In this document: piece by piece, positions 37,835-48,500 of the stretch
How positions within the stretch are numbered: the stretch's first letter is position 1
Layout of the letters: each line of letters starts with the position of its first letter
DNA from: Candidatus Woesearchaeota archaeon
GTDB lineage: Archaea > Nanobdellota > Nanobdellia > Woesearchaeales > SKIA01
Length of the DNA stretch: 64,000 bases
Assembly: GCA_046704725.1 (NCBI GenBank)
Contig: JBJKRI010000005.1
Span: forward strand, 32,001 to 96,000
Reading direction: 5' to 3'
Program-made: the position numbers and the translations under genes
Notes under the pieces: model-generated
What the model was told of the DNA's origin: nothing
What the model saw: the letters and a program-made list of their open reading frames with translations, nothing else
The model's database searches: none

Positions 37835-37907
37835 GGCCGTGCGGAACAGAAGGCGATTCTTAAAGCTGTGCGGAAGGCTTTTTCTTCTCGGATGTTCTCC
37901 TGCCTAG

Positions 37908-38354
37908 ATGCGTCCAATCCTCTCCTTGGACATCGGCGAAACCCTGCTCATGGAGTTCGGGAGCAGGTACCGTCCGCTCGCGCGCCCGTACGCAGAGCTG
38001 TTCCTGCGCGAGACACGCGGACTCTTCGCGGAGCGTTACTTCAACAGCACCGATATCCGCGAGACGGCCACGCCCGCGCTCACCAAGTGTTTTCCCTTGG
38101 AGATCTGGAGTGATTTCCGTTTCCTGCGCCACAGCAACAAGGCCGTGCCGCTCTTCGGCCTTGACGGCCAGGTCATCCATGTGGAGGACGGAGGGATGCT
38201 GCCGGACGAGAGAAGGGACTTCGCGCTCGTCGGCGCCCTCTATCTGACAGTCCCGACGTGGGATGTGGTGGACGTCCGGGAGGGAGTGCCGATCATGGCG
38301 GAGGATGATGCGCTGCTCGCGGCGTTGGACATCATCCGCGATTGGGCGACCTAG
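37908..38354 (+). CDS. Hypothetical protein, possible HAD-like fold
   Basis: LSLDIGETL...RPYAELFL...VIHVED. Confidence 0.45.
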   Translation: MRPILSLDIGETLLMEFGSRYRPLARPYAELFLRETRGLFAERYFNSTDIRETATPALTKCFPLEIWSDFRFLRHSNKAVPLFGLDGQVIHVEDGGMLPDERRDFALVGALYLTVPTWDVVDVREGVPIMAEDDALLAALDIIRDWAT

Positions 38355-38383
38355 TTTTTCGTCAGGACCGAAAAAGCTTATAA

Positions 38384-38992
38384 ATGACGGAGTCGCCAAA
38401 AGTCACCATGGAGCAGGGACCTGAATACTGCGTCTACTACGAGCGCGACAGCGAGGACATCCTGGACTTCGTGCCGGCGATCGACGCCGACCTGCGCAAC
38501 ACGGTTATCGCCGTCTGGAAGCAGGAGATCCCGCGCAAGATCCTCCAGGCCATCAGCGAAGGCGGATTGACGATGCAGGAACTGCGAAAGCGCATCGGGC
38601 ACAGCAACAGCACGCTGCACGAGAACGTCAAGAAGCTCGAGGAGCTGCAGCTCATCCGCACCAACATCATCTACGAAGGCAACAAGATCCGCGTGCTCGA
38701 GCCGAGATTCCTCTTCGTGACCAAGAACCCCAAGTTCCGCATCGCCGTGCAGCGATTCTTCCAGGGATTGTGGGTGGACAGCAGCGCGAACGAGAAGGTG
38801 CTGGAGTTCTTGTCGAAACACCCCGACGAGTACTTCACGGCAGAGGAGATCGCCGCTAAGACCGGACTGACTGTGGACAAGGTCGAGCTCGCGCTCACCA
38901 GCTGGGACAGCCAAGCGACGCGCGCTCTCAGCGACTTCATGCGGAAGCGGCCCTTCGAGAAGAAGGTCCTCTACAAGGGTTTCGCGGAGTAA
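38384..38992 (+). CDS. ArsR-like winged-helix transcriptional regulator
   Basis: RKILQAISEGGLTMQELRKRIGHSNSTLHENVKKLEE; second HTH-like segment. Confidence 0.75.
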   Translation: MTESPKVTMEQGPEYCVYYERDSEDILDFVPAIDADLRNTVIAVWKQEIPRKILQAISEGGLTMQELRKRIGHSNSTLHENVKKLEELQLIRTNIIYEGNKIRVLEPRFLFVTKNPKFRIAVQRFFQGLWVDSSANEKVLEFLSKHPDEYFTAEEIAAKTGLTVDKVELALTSWDSQATRALSDFMRKRPFEKKVLYKGFAE

Positions 38993-38996
38993 GACT

Positions 38997-39992
38997 TTAT
39001 CCCGTCGCGTTCACCGGAGCCAACGTCGACACGTCCTGCAGATGCACGATCGTGGCCTGGCTGCGCAGTTGCACGAGCAGGTCGTTGAACAATGTACGCG
39101 CCTTGTCGTTCTGGATCGTCTGGTTGATGGAGGAGCGCACCTGCGAGAGCGGGATGATGTTCGACTCGCGCTGGATGAGGTGCCAGCCGTACTGCGTGTG
39201 CACGGGCTGGGAGATCTCTCCGACAGACAGGTTGAGAGCGACGCTCTTGAAAGGCTCGACGATGCTGCTGTTGCTGCTGATGAAGCCGAGCTCGCCGCCC
39301 TTGCTCGCGCTGCCGGTATCCGTGCTGTTCTCCTTAGCGACGGTACCGAAATCCGTGCCGTTCATGATCTCGGCGCGGAGCGCGATGGCCTCGCTCTGGT
39401 TCGGGACGAGGATGTGACGGACGCGGACCTCTCCGGGCTGCGCGATGTACTGGCTCTGGTGCTGCTGGTAGTAGTCGCGGATCTCCTGCTCGGAGACCGA
39501 CACGTTCGGCATGATGTATTGGTTGACGAAGTCCGAGAGGACGAGGTCGTCATGCACGGCCTGGCTGTACGTGGCGAAGGAGACGTTGTTGGTCGCCAGC
39601 ACGCTCTTGAGCGTGGAGACATTGATGCCCAGCGAAGCCGCTTGCTGCTGGATACGCTGGTCCACCTGCGCCTGGGTCGCGTTGATGCCGTCCTTGGTGG
39701 CCTCCTGCAACACCAGCATCTTGTCGATGGTCTGGTTCAGGATGACCTCGGGCGAGTACTGCGCCCGGACGCTCGCGGGCAACGTGTCGTACTGGCTCAT
39801 GATGTCGGCCGAGTAGATGGGCTGACCGTTCACCGTCGCGACGACGGTCCCGCCCTGCGTCGCTTGCTTGCCCTGGAAGGACGTGATGATGAAGAACGCG
39901 AGGACGGCGATGACGACGACGAGGAGAGCGGCGAGACCCCATTGGACCTCACGCCGCTGGAAGAACGATTGCTTCTTGCGCTTGCGAGCCAT
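38997..39992 (-). CDS. PrsA/SurA-like parvulin peptidyl-prolyl isomerase
   Basis: VATVNGQPI; VRHILV; AKENSTD..SASKGGELG; EISQPVHTQYGWHLI; N-terminal TM. Confidence 0.92.
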   Translation of the reverse strand: MARKRKKQSFFQRREVQWGLAALLVVVIAVLAFFIITSFQGKQATQGGTVVATVNGQPIYSADIMSQYDTLPASVRAQYSPEVILNQTIDKMLVLQEATKDGINATQAQVDQRIQQQAASLGINVSTLKSVLATNNVSFATYSQAVHDDLVLSDFVNQYIMPNVSVSEQEIRDYYQQHQSQYIAQPGEVRVRHILVPNQSEAIALRAEIMNGTDFGTVAKENSTDTGSASKGGELGFISSNSSIVEPFKSVALNLSVGEISQPVHTQYGWHLIQRESNIIPLSQVRSSINQTIQNDKARTLFNDLLVQLRSQATIVHLQDVSTLAPVNATG

Positions 39993-40052
39993 ACCCCTGC
40001 CGCAACCGAGTGCGATTTAAGAATATTGTGCAGCAACCTTATAAACGGCCGG

Positions 40053-40679
40053 ATGGAGTGCGAGGACATGCTCACCGTCTCGGAGATCATGTCGCGGGAT
40101 GTCCTGCTCGTCCCCGAGCGCACGCCGATCCAGCGGGCAGCGGCCTTGATGACGGAACGGCGCATCGGGAGCCTATTGGTGACGAGGAACGACCAGCCCG
40201 TCGGCATCGTGACCGAGCGTGACTTCACACGAGTGGTCGGACGGGCCATGGACTGGCGCGCGGCCGTCAGCGACATCATGAGCTCGCCGCTGTACTCGAC
40301 GCGACCGGACGCGGATATCATCGAGGTCGCGCACATCATGGCCGCGAACCACATCAAGAAGATGCCCGTCATCAATCAAGGGAAGATTGTGGGTATGGTG
40401 ACGCAGACCGACATCATCGCGCACCTGTTCACCACCATCGAGAGCCTCGAGAGCTCCTACGCCAAGGGAGAGATCGCCGGGAAGGACTTCGCGAGGAAAT
40501 TCACGAAGGTGTTCCGGGGCTACGAGCCCGCGGTCGAGGGCGTGACCAAGCACTGGCACATGCGCTGTCGGGCGTGCAACGCCTCGTTCACCGCGGAGGA
40601 GAAGGATGGCAGCGTGGACGAGCGCTGCCCGAAATGCGGCTCCACGGACGTCGAGTTCGACAAGCACCCGCCTATATGA
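40053..40679 (+). CDS. CBS-pair protein with C-terminal zinc ribbon
   Basis: VSEIMSR...GIVTERD...GMVTQTD; CRAC...CPKCGS. Confidence 0.85.
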   Translation: MECEDMLTVSEIMSRDVLLVPERTPIQRAAALMTERRIGSLLVTRNDQPVGIVTERDFTRVVGRAMDWRAAVSDIMSSPLYSTRPDADIIEVAHIMAANHIKKMPVINQGKIVGMVTQTDIIAHLFTTIESLESSYAKGEIAGKDFARKFTKVFRGYEPAVEGVTKHWHMRCRACNASFTAEEKDGSVDERCPKCGSTDVEFDKHPPI

Positions 40680-41217
40680 GCATGAGCAAGGCGCCTGTCG
40701 CGAGCGGCAGGATGAGATTGTCGTCGAGCACAGCGATGCTCGAGTAATCGATGGATTCGAGCGCGGTCACCACGAGCGCGCCGAGCCACCAGAACGAGGT
40801 AGCGAAGGCGAGGATGACAGCGGATACGAGATAGAACGCGTACAATCCCTCCCAGGTCTTCTTCGGGCTCCAAGGCAACTTGTGCTTTCCGTGCCTGCCA
40901 ACGAGGGTGGAGGCGCTGTCGGCCCACGCGAGCACGAGCGTCGCGACGACGATGTGCGCAGGAAAGAGCAACGCGGTGAGGAGCACGCCGACCGTCATGG
41001 CGAACGCACCCTTTCCCGGGCGCTTGCTGTTCGGGCGCTCGAAATGCGTGAGGATGAACGTGCCGACGGGATTCCTGAAGGCGACGATCACCGCTTGGAC
41101 CAGGAGAAGGGCCGCGCAGACGATGAGGAAGACGGGCTGCGAGAATATGGCCGCGAGCGCGGCGAACACCGTCCCCAGGACGAAGTGGAAGAGTTGCCGC
41201 TTGGTCTCGATGCGCAT
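40672..41217 (-). CDS. Dolichol/phytol kinase-like (CTP transferase) membrane protein
   Basis: RQLFH; DSASTLVG; KKTWEG; DDNL. Confidence 0.85.
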   Translation of the reverse strand: MRIETKRQLFHFVLGTVFAALAAIFSQPVFLIVCAALLLVQAVIVAFRNPVGTFILTHFERPNSKRPGKGAFAMTVGVLLTALLFPAHIVVATLVLAWADSASTLVGRHGKHKLPWSPKKTWEGLYAFYLVSAVILAFATSFWWLGALVVTALESIDYSSIAVLDDNLILPLATGALLMLI

Positions 41218-41292
41218 GGACGGTGCGCGATGTATCTGTATAAATGCGTATGGGCCACGTACTTTTTAAAGGGGCGTTCCCGGGAACAACGC

Positions 41293-43896
41293 ATGGCGTA
41301 CGAGGTGACCATCGGCCGCAGCGAGGCCGATCGCAAGCGGCTCGGGCTGCAGGGCTGCGTGCTCTTGGGAAAGCACTACGTCAAGATGGGCCAGACATCG
41401 TCATTGTCGAACGAGGTCTTCTTGGACGTGAGCCGCAGCCACGTCGTGTTCTTGAGCGGCAAGCGTGGCAGCGGGAAGTGCCTTGTGGCGGGGACGAGAG
41501 TGACGCTTGGGGATGGATCGGTCGTTCCTATCGAACAACTCGCGGAGAGCAGGACGGACATCCTCTCGCTCGATGCGAGCTTGAAGATCTCTCCAGCCAA
41601 AAGAGAGGGTTTCTACTCGCGTCAGGTCCGGCGGGTCCTGAGTATCCAGCTACGATCGGGGCGAGAGATCACGCTTACCCCAGAACATCCGCTCCTCACC
41701 GTCCGAGGCTGGGTTCAAGCGCAGAACCTCACTGTCAACGACCGTATTGCGACGCCCCGTGAAGAAGCAGTCTTTGGGGATGAAGAGTTGGGAGATGCGC
41801 CTGTCAAGCTCCTCGCTTACTTCATCGCCGAGGGACACACGAAGGGGCATTATGTCCGTTTCGTGAATTTCGATCCTGAGATTGTGGACGACTTCAAGCA
41901 GGCGGTCGCTGAATTCGATACACGCGCCAGACTAGCAGAAGTCCGTCCTAGCCATTTCGCTGTCTATCGGAACACAGCCAAATATGACCCTGCAGGAGTC
42001 ACACGGGACGAGCGTGGCAGGATCACAGGCGGATCCATGCGTGTCCACGAGCGAACACGCTGTGATGAGTTATTGATTACGCAGGGTGTGAAAGGAAAAT
42101 TGGCGGCCGAGAAATCCGTTCCCGAAGCGGTGTTCCGACTCCCGAAGACACGACTAGCGCTATTCCTCAACCGCCTATTCAGCTGCGATGGAACGATATA
42201 CGAGAAGAAGAATTCCCACTCCTGTATGTGGCAAGTGCAGTACGCGAGCAAATCGAAACGACTCATCCAAGACGTACAGCATCTCCTGCTTCGCTTCGGG
42301 ATACTGTCTTCTATCCGTAGAAAGAACGTAAAATGCAACGGCAAGCGCTTCTTGAATTTCGAACTCACAGTTCAGGATACTAAGCGATATCTCGATGAGA
42401 TTGGTTTTGTCGGAGAAAAGCATGTCCGTGCTCAGCGCGCCAAAAAGGAGCTGAGTCAAGTGGTGCACAACCCGAATGTCGACACGATACCTCGCGAATT
42501 ATGGGACTTCTATCGTCCGAAGAGTTGGGCGGCCGTGGGGCGGACGATGGGATACGCTTACCCGAAGGCAATGCGCGAGAGCATGCGATATTCTCCCTCA
42601 AGGCAGAAGCTCCTGCAGATCGCGATGGCGGACGAGCGAGAGGATATTCGTTTGCTTGCGCAATCGGATATATTCTGGGACTCGGTCGCGTCCATCACTG
42701 AGCGGCGAGGCATCTTCACGGTGTATGATATCACAGTGCCGGGGAACCACAATTTCGTGGCGAACGATATAATCGTCCATAATTCGCACACCCTTGGGGT
42801 GCTCGCTGAGGGGATATCTTCATTGCCTCCCGATGTGGCGAAGAACATCGCGGTCATCATCCTTGACACCATGGGCATCTTCTGGACGATGAAATACCCG
42901 AACCAGCGCGACCGCGACCTGCTCGAGGAATGGGGCATGCGCCCGCACGGCCTGGACGTCGAGGTGTTCGTGCCGCAAGGGCTCTACCAGGACCTGGTGG
43001 ATGCCGGGATTCCGGCGGACAAGCCGTTCGGCATCGCGCCCTCGGAGCTGTCGCCGGGACAATGGGTGAACGTCTTCGGCCTCTCGCCGACGAGCGGCAC
43101 CGGAGCGTTGCTCGAAGAAGTTGTGGCAGAACTGCAGGAGAAGGGAGACTTCACGCTCGACCAACTGCTCAAGGCCGTGAACAAGAAGGACGCCGACAAG
43201 GCATCCTTGCGCGCGGCCGATAACCTCATCCGGGCCGCGCAGCGCTGGGGAATCTTCAGCGACAAGTCAACCCGCCTATCGGACCTCATCACTCCGGGGA
43301 AAGTGACGGTGCTCGATGTGAGCCCGTACGCGACACTGTCGGGGACGTGGAACATCCGCGCGTTGGTCATCGGCATCGTCGCGCAAAAACTCTTCACCGA
43401 ACGCATGCTGGCTCGGCGCCACGAGGAGCACGAGGAGCTCGAGAAGGAGCTGGCCTTCCAGCCCGAGGACGAGCAGGGAGACCCCGTCGTGTGGATGCTG
43501 ATAGACGAGGCGCACGAGTTCCTGCCGAAGGAAGGCAGCACGCCCGCCACCGACGCTCTTGTGACATTGCTGCGCGAAGGACGGCAGCCGGGCGTGAGCC
43601 TGGTATTGGCGAGCCAGCAACCGGGAAAGATCCACACCGACGTCATGACTCAGAGCGATATCATCATCAGCCACCGCGTGACCGCGAAAGTGGATACCGA
43701 CGCGCTCTCCATGCTCACGCAGAGCTACATGCGCGGGGACCTCGACGTATTGCTCAACGAACTGCCGCGCATGAAAGGGGCCGCTGTCGTCCTGGACGAC
43801 AGCAACGAGAAGATCTACAGCATCCGCGTGCGGCCGCGCTTCACCTGGCACGGTGGCAGCGACCCCGACGCGTTGCGCGGAGTGACCGAACTGTGA
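41293..43896 (+). CDS. HerA/DUF87-family ATPase, intein-containing
   Basis: GKRGSGK|intein|SHTLGV; DTMGIFWTMK; IDEAHEFLP; LREGRQPG; SQQP. Confidence 0.88.
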   Translation: MAYEVTIGRSEADRKRLGLQGCVLLGKHYVKMGQTSSLSNEVFLDVSRSHVVFLSGKRGSGKCLVAGTRVTLGDGSVVPIEQLAESRTDILSLDASLKISPAKREGFYSRQVRRVLSIQLRSGREITLTPEHPLLTVRGWVQAQNLTVNDRIATPREEAVFGDEELGDAPVKLLAYFIAEGHTKGHYVRFVNFDPEIVDDFKQAVAEFDTRARLAEVRPSHFAVYRNTAKYDPAGVTRDERGRITGGSMRVHERTRCDELLITQGVKGKLAAEKSVPEAVFRLPKTRLALFLNRLFSCDGTIYEKKNSHSCMWQVQYASKSKRLIQDVQHLLLRFGILSSIRRKNVKCNGKRFLNFELTVQDTKRYLDEIGFVGEKHVRAQRAKKELSQVVHNPNVDTIPRELWDFYRPKSWAAVGRTMGYAYPKAMRESMRYSPSRQKLLQIAMADEREDIRLLAQSDIFWDSVASITERRGIFTVYDITVPGNHNFVANDIIVHNSHTLGVLAEGISSLPPDVAKNIAVIILDTMGIFWTMKYPNQRDRDLLEEWGMRPHGLDVEVFVPQGLYQDLVDAGIPADKPFGIAPSELSPGQWVNVFGLSPTSGTGALLEEVVAELQEKGDFTLDQLLKAVNKKDADKASLRAADNLIRAAQRWGIFSDKSTRLSDLITPGKVTVLDVSPYATLSGTWNIRALVIGIVAQKLFTERMLARRHEEHEELEKELAFQPEDEQGDPVVWMLIDEAHEFLPKEGSTPATDALVTLLREGRQPGVSLVLASQQPGKIHTDVMTQSDIIISHRVTAKVDTDALSMLTQSYMRGDLDVLLNELPRMKGAAVVLDDSNEKIYSIRVRPRFTWHGGSDPDALRGVTEL
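41479..42783 (+). mobile_element. Intein with LAGLIDADG homing endonuclease (435 aa)
   Basis: Starts CLVAGT; block B TPEHP; LAGLIDADG blocks LLAYFIAEG and FLNRLFSCDG; ends VYDITVPGNHNFVANDIIVHN followed by Ser; lower GC than flanks. Confidence 0.95.
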
Positions 43897-44282
43897 TTCA
43901 CCGGGACGTCGCTGTCGTGGCTTTGTATCAGGACGGGAAGGTCCTGCTGCAAGACCGCCGGTCCATCAGCAAGGTGGGCGAGAAATGGGGTTTGTTCGGC
44001 GGTGGCATCGAGGAGGGCGAGACTCCCGAGCAAGCCGTTCGTCGGGAGGTGCGCGAGGAGTTGGATATGCGTCTCGGCGAGCTGGCATCCCTCGGCCGCT
44101 TCACCTACGAGGATGCTGGCTTCCACGCCGATATCTGGGCGTTCGCCGCTCCCTGCCCACCCGTGGAGTCGCTGCAGTTGCATGAAGGGGACGGTTTCGA
44201 GCTCGTCCCGTTCGCTGAGGCGCGAGGGCGGCTCTTCGGCAGCGACCCGCAGATACTGGCCGCGCTCGAGCAATGGCTCTAG
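43893..44282 (+). CDS. NUDIX hydrolase
   Basis: GGGIEEGETPEQAVRREVREEL Nudix box. Confidence 0.92.
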   Translation: MIHRDVAVVALYQDGKVLLQDRRSISKVGEKWGLFGGGIEEGETPEQAVRREVREELDMRLGELASLGRFTYEDAGFHADIWAFAAPCPPVESLQLHEGDGFELVPFAEARGRLFGSDPQILAALEQWL

Positions 44283-44611
44283 GGCTTTTTCTCGCGCTTG
44301 GCGATCTCCTCGACGAGGCGGGAGATATCCTTGCGCACGTCTTGCAACGAGAGCATGGTGCGGTACGCGATGTAGAAGAGCAGGATGATGGAGAGGTAGA
44401 TGACCACGGTGCTGCCCTGCTGGCCGCCGAGGAGCTGCCCGATGTCGTCGAGCACGCCCGTGAAGAACATCATCACGCTGCCCACGATCCAGATGGCCGT
44501 CCAGAACATCGCCCACGCGCCCGTGATGCGGCGGCGCTGGAACTGGATGACTGTGCTGACGACCATGATCGCCGCGACGACCAGGAAGAAGATGCCGAAG
44601 GGAGTCACCAT
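44279..44611 (-). CDS. DUF2304-family membrane protein
   Basis: Three TMs plus ISRLVEEIA coil; downstream of a GT2. Confidence 0.75.
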   Translation of the reverse strand: MVTPFGIFFLVVAAIMVVSTVIQFQRRRITGAWAMFWTAIWIVGSVMMFFTGVLDDIGQLLGGQQGSTVVIYLSIILLFYIAYRTMLSLQDVRKDISRLVEEIAKREKKP

Positions 44612-45270
44612 CCGAACACCTTCCGCGCGAGCAGCTTGAAGCCCATGCGTATCGCCTTGAGCGGGTGCTGTCCCTTCTCGTGATAGACGATGGTGACCGG
44701 CACCTCTTTCCAGCGCAGGTGGTTGCGGCCGGTCTCCTCGACGAAGTCCGACGCATGCTCCATGCCGTCGAACGTGATGACGATGCGCTTCGCGGCCTTC
44801 TTGTTGAGGGCGCGTAGGCCGTTGTGGCTGTCGGTCAATCGGATGCCGCTGAAGATCCACATGACCAGGGCGCCGAGCTTGAGGACGAACCGCTTCCCTG
44901 CGGTGATGTTCACGGCTTTCCCGAGGAAGCGGCTGCCGAAGACGATATCCGCTTTCCCGTCCTCGATGGGCTTGAGCAGGCGCGGAATGTCAGAGACCTG
45001 GTGCTGGCCGTCGGCGTCGAAAGTGACGATCGCTTCCGCACCGTAGTCGGCGGCGTAATGGATGCCCGTGCGCAAGGCCGCTCCCTGCCCGCGGTTGATG
45101 ATGTGCTGGAGGACGGTGGCGCCCGCTTTCTCCGCGATGGACGCGGTCTTGTCCGATGAACCGTCGTCCACGATGACGACCCAGTCGTAGCCCGCCTTCT
45201 TCAGATCGCGGACGACGCTCGCGAGGCGTTTTTCCTCGTTATAGGCCGCGACCACCACGCACGTCTTCAT
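44605..45270 (-). CDS. GT2 glycosyltransferase (dolichol-phosphate mannose synthase-like)
   Basis: AYNEE; VDDGSSD; NRGQGAA; FDADGQH; GSRF; TDSHNGLR. Confidence 0.92.
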   Translation of the reverse strand: MKTCVVVAAYNEEKRLASVVRDLKKAGYDWVVIVDDGSSDKTASIAEKAGATVLQHIINRGQGAALRTGIHYAADYGAEAIVTFDADGQHQVSDIPRLLKPIEDGKADIVFGSRFLGKAVNITAGKRFVLKLGALVMWIFSGIRLTDSHNGLRALNKKAAKRIVITFDGMEHASDFVEETGRNHLRWKEVPVTIVYHEKGQHPLKAIRMGFKLLARKVFGW

Positions 45271-45313
45271 GGGGTTGGTTGGGGAATATCGTATTTATAT
45301 GTGTGCGTTTGCC

Positions 45314-45415
45314 TGTGTAGTGCCTAAATACATTTTGTGTAGTGGGCATTCATACAGTAGGAAAATTGTTTTTAAGCGGCAGCGACATGAATAAAAAGAG
45401 GAGTGGTGCCTAATA
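45314..45415 (+). repeat. Repeated GT(A/G)GTG motif upstream of the small ORF
   Basis: TGTGTAGTGCCTAAATA (45314), TGTGTAGTGGGCA (45336), GTGGTGCCTAATA (45403). Confidence 0.5.
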
Positions 45416-45420
45416 CTAGC

Positions 45421-45558
45421 GTGTTCTTGCGCAAGAAACGCATCAACGGCCACACCTACTGGTACCTGGTGGAGAACCGCCGGGAGAACGGCAAGGTGCG
45501 CCAGCATGTCGTGCGCTACATCGGTAAAGCCGAACGGCTCGCGGAGGGAAGGCCATGA
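45421..45558 (+). CDS. 45-aa basic protein resembling the N-terminal domain of IS1634-family transposases (absent from the ORF track)
   Basis: MFLRKKRINGHTYWYLVENRRENGKVRQHVVRYIGKAERLAEGRP; ATGA overlap with next gene; alternative GTG at 45406 after GAGGAG. Confidence 0.7.
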   Translation: MFLRKKRINGHTYWYLVENRRENGKVRQHVVRYIGKAERLAEGRP

Positions 45559-48500
45559 ACAAGGACGTGATCCTCCTGTTGCTGCTGCTCGTGCCGGCCG
45601 TGCACGCATTGTCGCTGGACAACACCCTCTACGTGCAGGGACAGCCGATCGTCGTTCACACCGGAGGGCAGACCCTCACGGTGCAGACGCCCGACGGCAT
45701 CTACACGTTGCTGGGGACCAGCAACGACGTGAGCTTCCCGACGAGCACGCCTGGAAGATATGTCTTCAAGACGCCGGGAGCGACGGTGTCGGCGACCGTC
45801 TCCAGAGCGTACAGCGTGCTCCTGCGCTCGGCGAACGGCGCGAGCACGGTGCAAGCGGCGACGGACGGAACACAGACACGCATCGACATCCCCGGATTCA
45901 CCGACGTGCGCACGCAAGGGATGCCGCCCGCTTCAGTTCGCATCACACCGGACATGGGCCGGCGATGGGGCTTCGCGGACACGTACGCGGCCGACCCCGG
46001 GAACGGGGCGTACACCCTTACGCGCATCGCGAAAGGCAGCAAGCTGTACAAGTGCGCGAACTACGACTATGCGGCGGAGCGCTGCAACGGCGGCTGGAGC
46101 TATCTGCAAAGCATCACGCCCGGAGCGCCGTACACGATACGCGTCACGGGAAGCGACCCGGCGTTCGGGGAAGGGAGCACGCAAGGAACGCCAGACAGCT
46201 GCCTGTACACGGACGAGTCTGGGGCGGGGACGGCGGTGAACGCGGACTGCCTGTCGGAGGTGCAGACGGCGAACAACGGCACCACAGTGCAGGTCATCGA
46301 CAACGAGGGGAGCGGCGGAACAAGCCACATCGACGTGAACTTCACGAACACCCTGAGCGTGCAGAGCATCACCGCAGTGAACGTGACGTACCGCTACCAG
46401 CGCGTCACCAACACGCAGGTCGGCGCGACGACAGCGAGCTTCCAGATCTATACGGCGGGCGCGTGGACCACGGCGTGCACCACGACGGTGCCGATCGGGA
46501 CGTGGGGGGACTACACGTGCGACCTATCTGCGTACATCACCACGCAAGCGCAAGCCAACAACGTGGTGACGCGCGTGGTGTTCAGCACGGCGAAGAGCGG
46601 CAAGCCATCGAGCACGGGGACCGTCTACGTGGACGAGGCGTATCTCTCCATGGACTATGTCTACGCCGACATCTATCCCCCGACCTACAGCAACATTGCA
46701 TCCCAGCCAACAAGCCCCAAGACCTACGACGGCGTAGCGAGCAACTTCAGCGCGGACTGGACGGACGACGTGGGGGTCACGACCGTGTACCGGGAGGACA
46801 ACTTCACCGGGACAGTACAGAACACGACCGTGACGGGAGGGCCGACATACCAGTCGAGCGCGACGCTCGGCGCGGGGACATATGAGTGGCGTGAACTGGC
46901 GACGGACGCGGCCGGGAACTGGAACGACACGATGCCCTACCAGACCTACGTGGTGGACAAGGCGACCGGACAGGTGTATCTCACGCTCAACGGCACGCAC
47001 GGCGACCTCACCATCGACCAAGGAAGGACCGTCACGATAGGCGGCACGCGGACGGCGGGAGAGACGACGATGCTCTTGTACGAGAACGGCAGCCTGCTCA
47101 CGAGCGGCACGAGCATCAGCCTGCCGCGGACGTACAACACGCCGGGAGAGTACAACCTGACCTTGAGCATGGCCGCGACGCAGAACTACACCGCCGCGCA
47201 GGAGAGCTGGAACCTGACCGTGCTGGACGTCACGCCGCCGGGACCCATAACCAGCCTGACGAACCAGAGCGCGGGACAGACCTGGATCTACTGGACCTGG
47301 ACCAACCCGCCGGACACGGACTACAGCCATGCCGAGGTCTCCATCAACGGGACGTTCTACGCGAACGTCACCACGCCGCACGTGAACGTGACCGGACTGC
47401 TCGCCGGGACGCTGTACCAGATCGCCGTGCGGACGGTGGACACGAGTGGGAACGTGAACACGACGAGCGTGACCGGGCTCGGACAGACCCTCACCAGCAC
47501 GGACGTCACTCCGCCGAGCATCACCTCGGTGGCGGCGACGAACATACAGGACAGCGAAGCGACCATCACGTGGCTGACCAACGAGATCGCGGACAGCGTG
47601 GTGAAGTACGGCACCACGAGCGGGAGCTACACGAACACCAACACCAACCATTCCTATACGACCACGCACAGCGCGACGCTCACCGGGCTTGTCCCGAGCA
47701 CGATCTACTACTACGTCGTCAACAGTAGCGACCCCGCTGCGAACAGCAACCAGAGCGCGCAATACAGCTTCACGACCGGGCCGGACGTGACGCCCCCGCG
47801 TTACGGGAGCACGAGCGCCACGCCGGCGAGCGGCTCGACGTACCCGTTGACGGCGACGTTCAACGCGACGTGGACGGACAACGGCGCTCTCGGCATGGTG
47901 GATATCGAGGACAACTTCACAGGCGCGTGGCGCAACGACACGATGACAGCGGTCGGCGGCGGACTGTACACGTTCACCGCGGCATTGGCAGCGGGCAACT
48001 ACTCCTGGCGGAGCGTCGCGAACGACACGGCAGGCAACCGCAACAACAGCATGGCGTACATGACGTATACTGTGGCCAAGGCGGCGGGTCAGGCGCGACT
48101 CCTCCTCAACGCCTCGGACGCGAACCTGACGGTGGACCAAGACATCATCGTGAACGTCACCGCGCAACGCACAGCAGGAGAAGGGAAGATGGACGTACTC
48201 GAGAACGGTACGAGCATCGGTACGGGCAGTCCACCGGTCTACGTGCTCAAGAACTACACGATGCCAGGGACGTACCTGCTCACAGCACGGCTCAACGCGA
48301 CGCAGAACTACACTGCAGCGCAGGCGAACCACACGCTCACCGTGCTCGACACACAGCCGCCGAGCGTGACACTCATACAACCCTTCGACGGCAAGACGAG
48401 CACGCTGGCGCTCGTGCAGTTCGACTACTTGGCGTCGGACAACGTCGCCGTGCGGAACTGCACCTTGTATGTGGACGGAACAGCGAACCAGACGAACGGT

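Noticed and set aside
40606-41292. N-terminal extension of the HerA-like ORF
   Set aside because: It overlaps the antisense dolichol-kinase gene; a TATA box and ATG at 41293 define the likely start.
45300-45560. Intact IS element
   Set aside because: No DDE catalytic region, second end or target duplication is visible.
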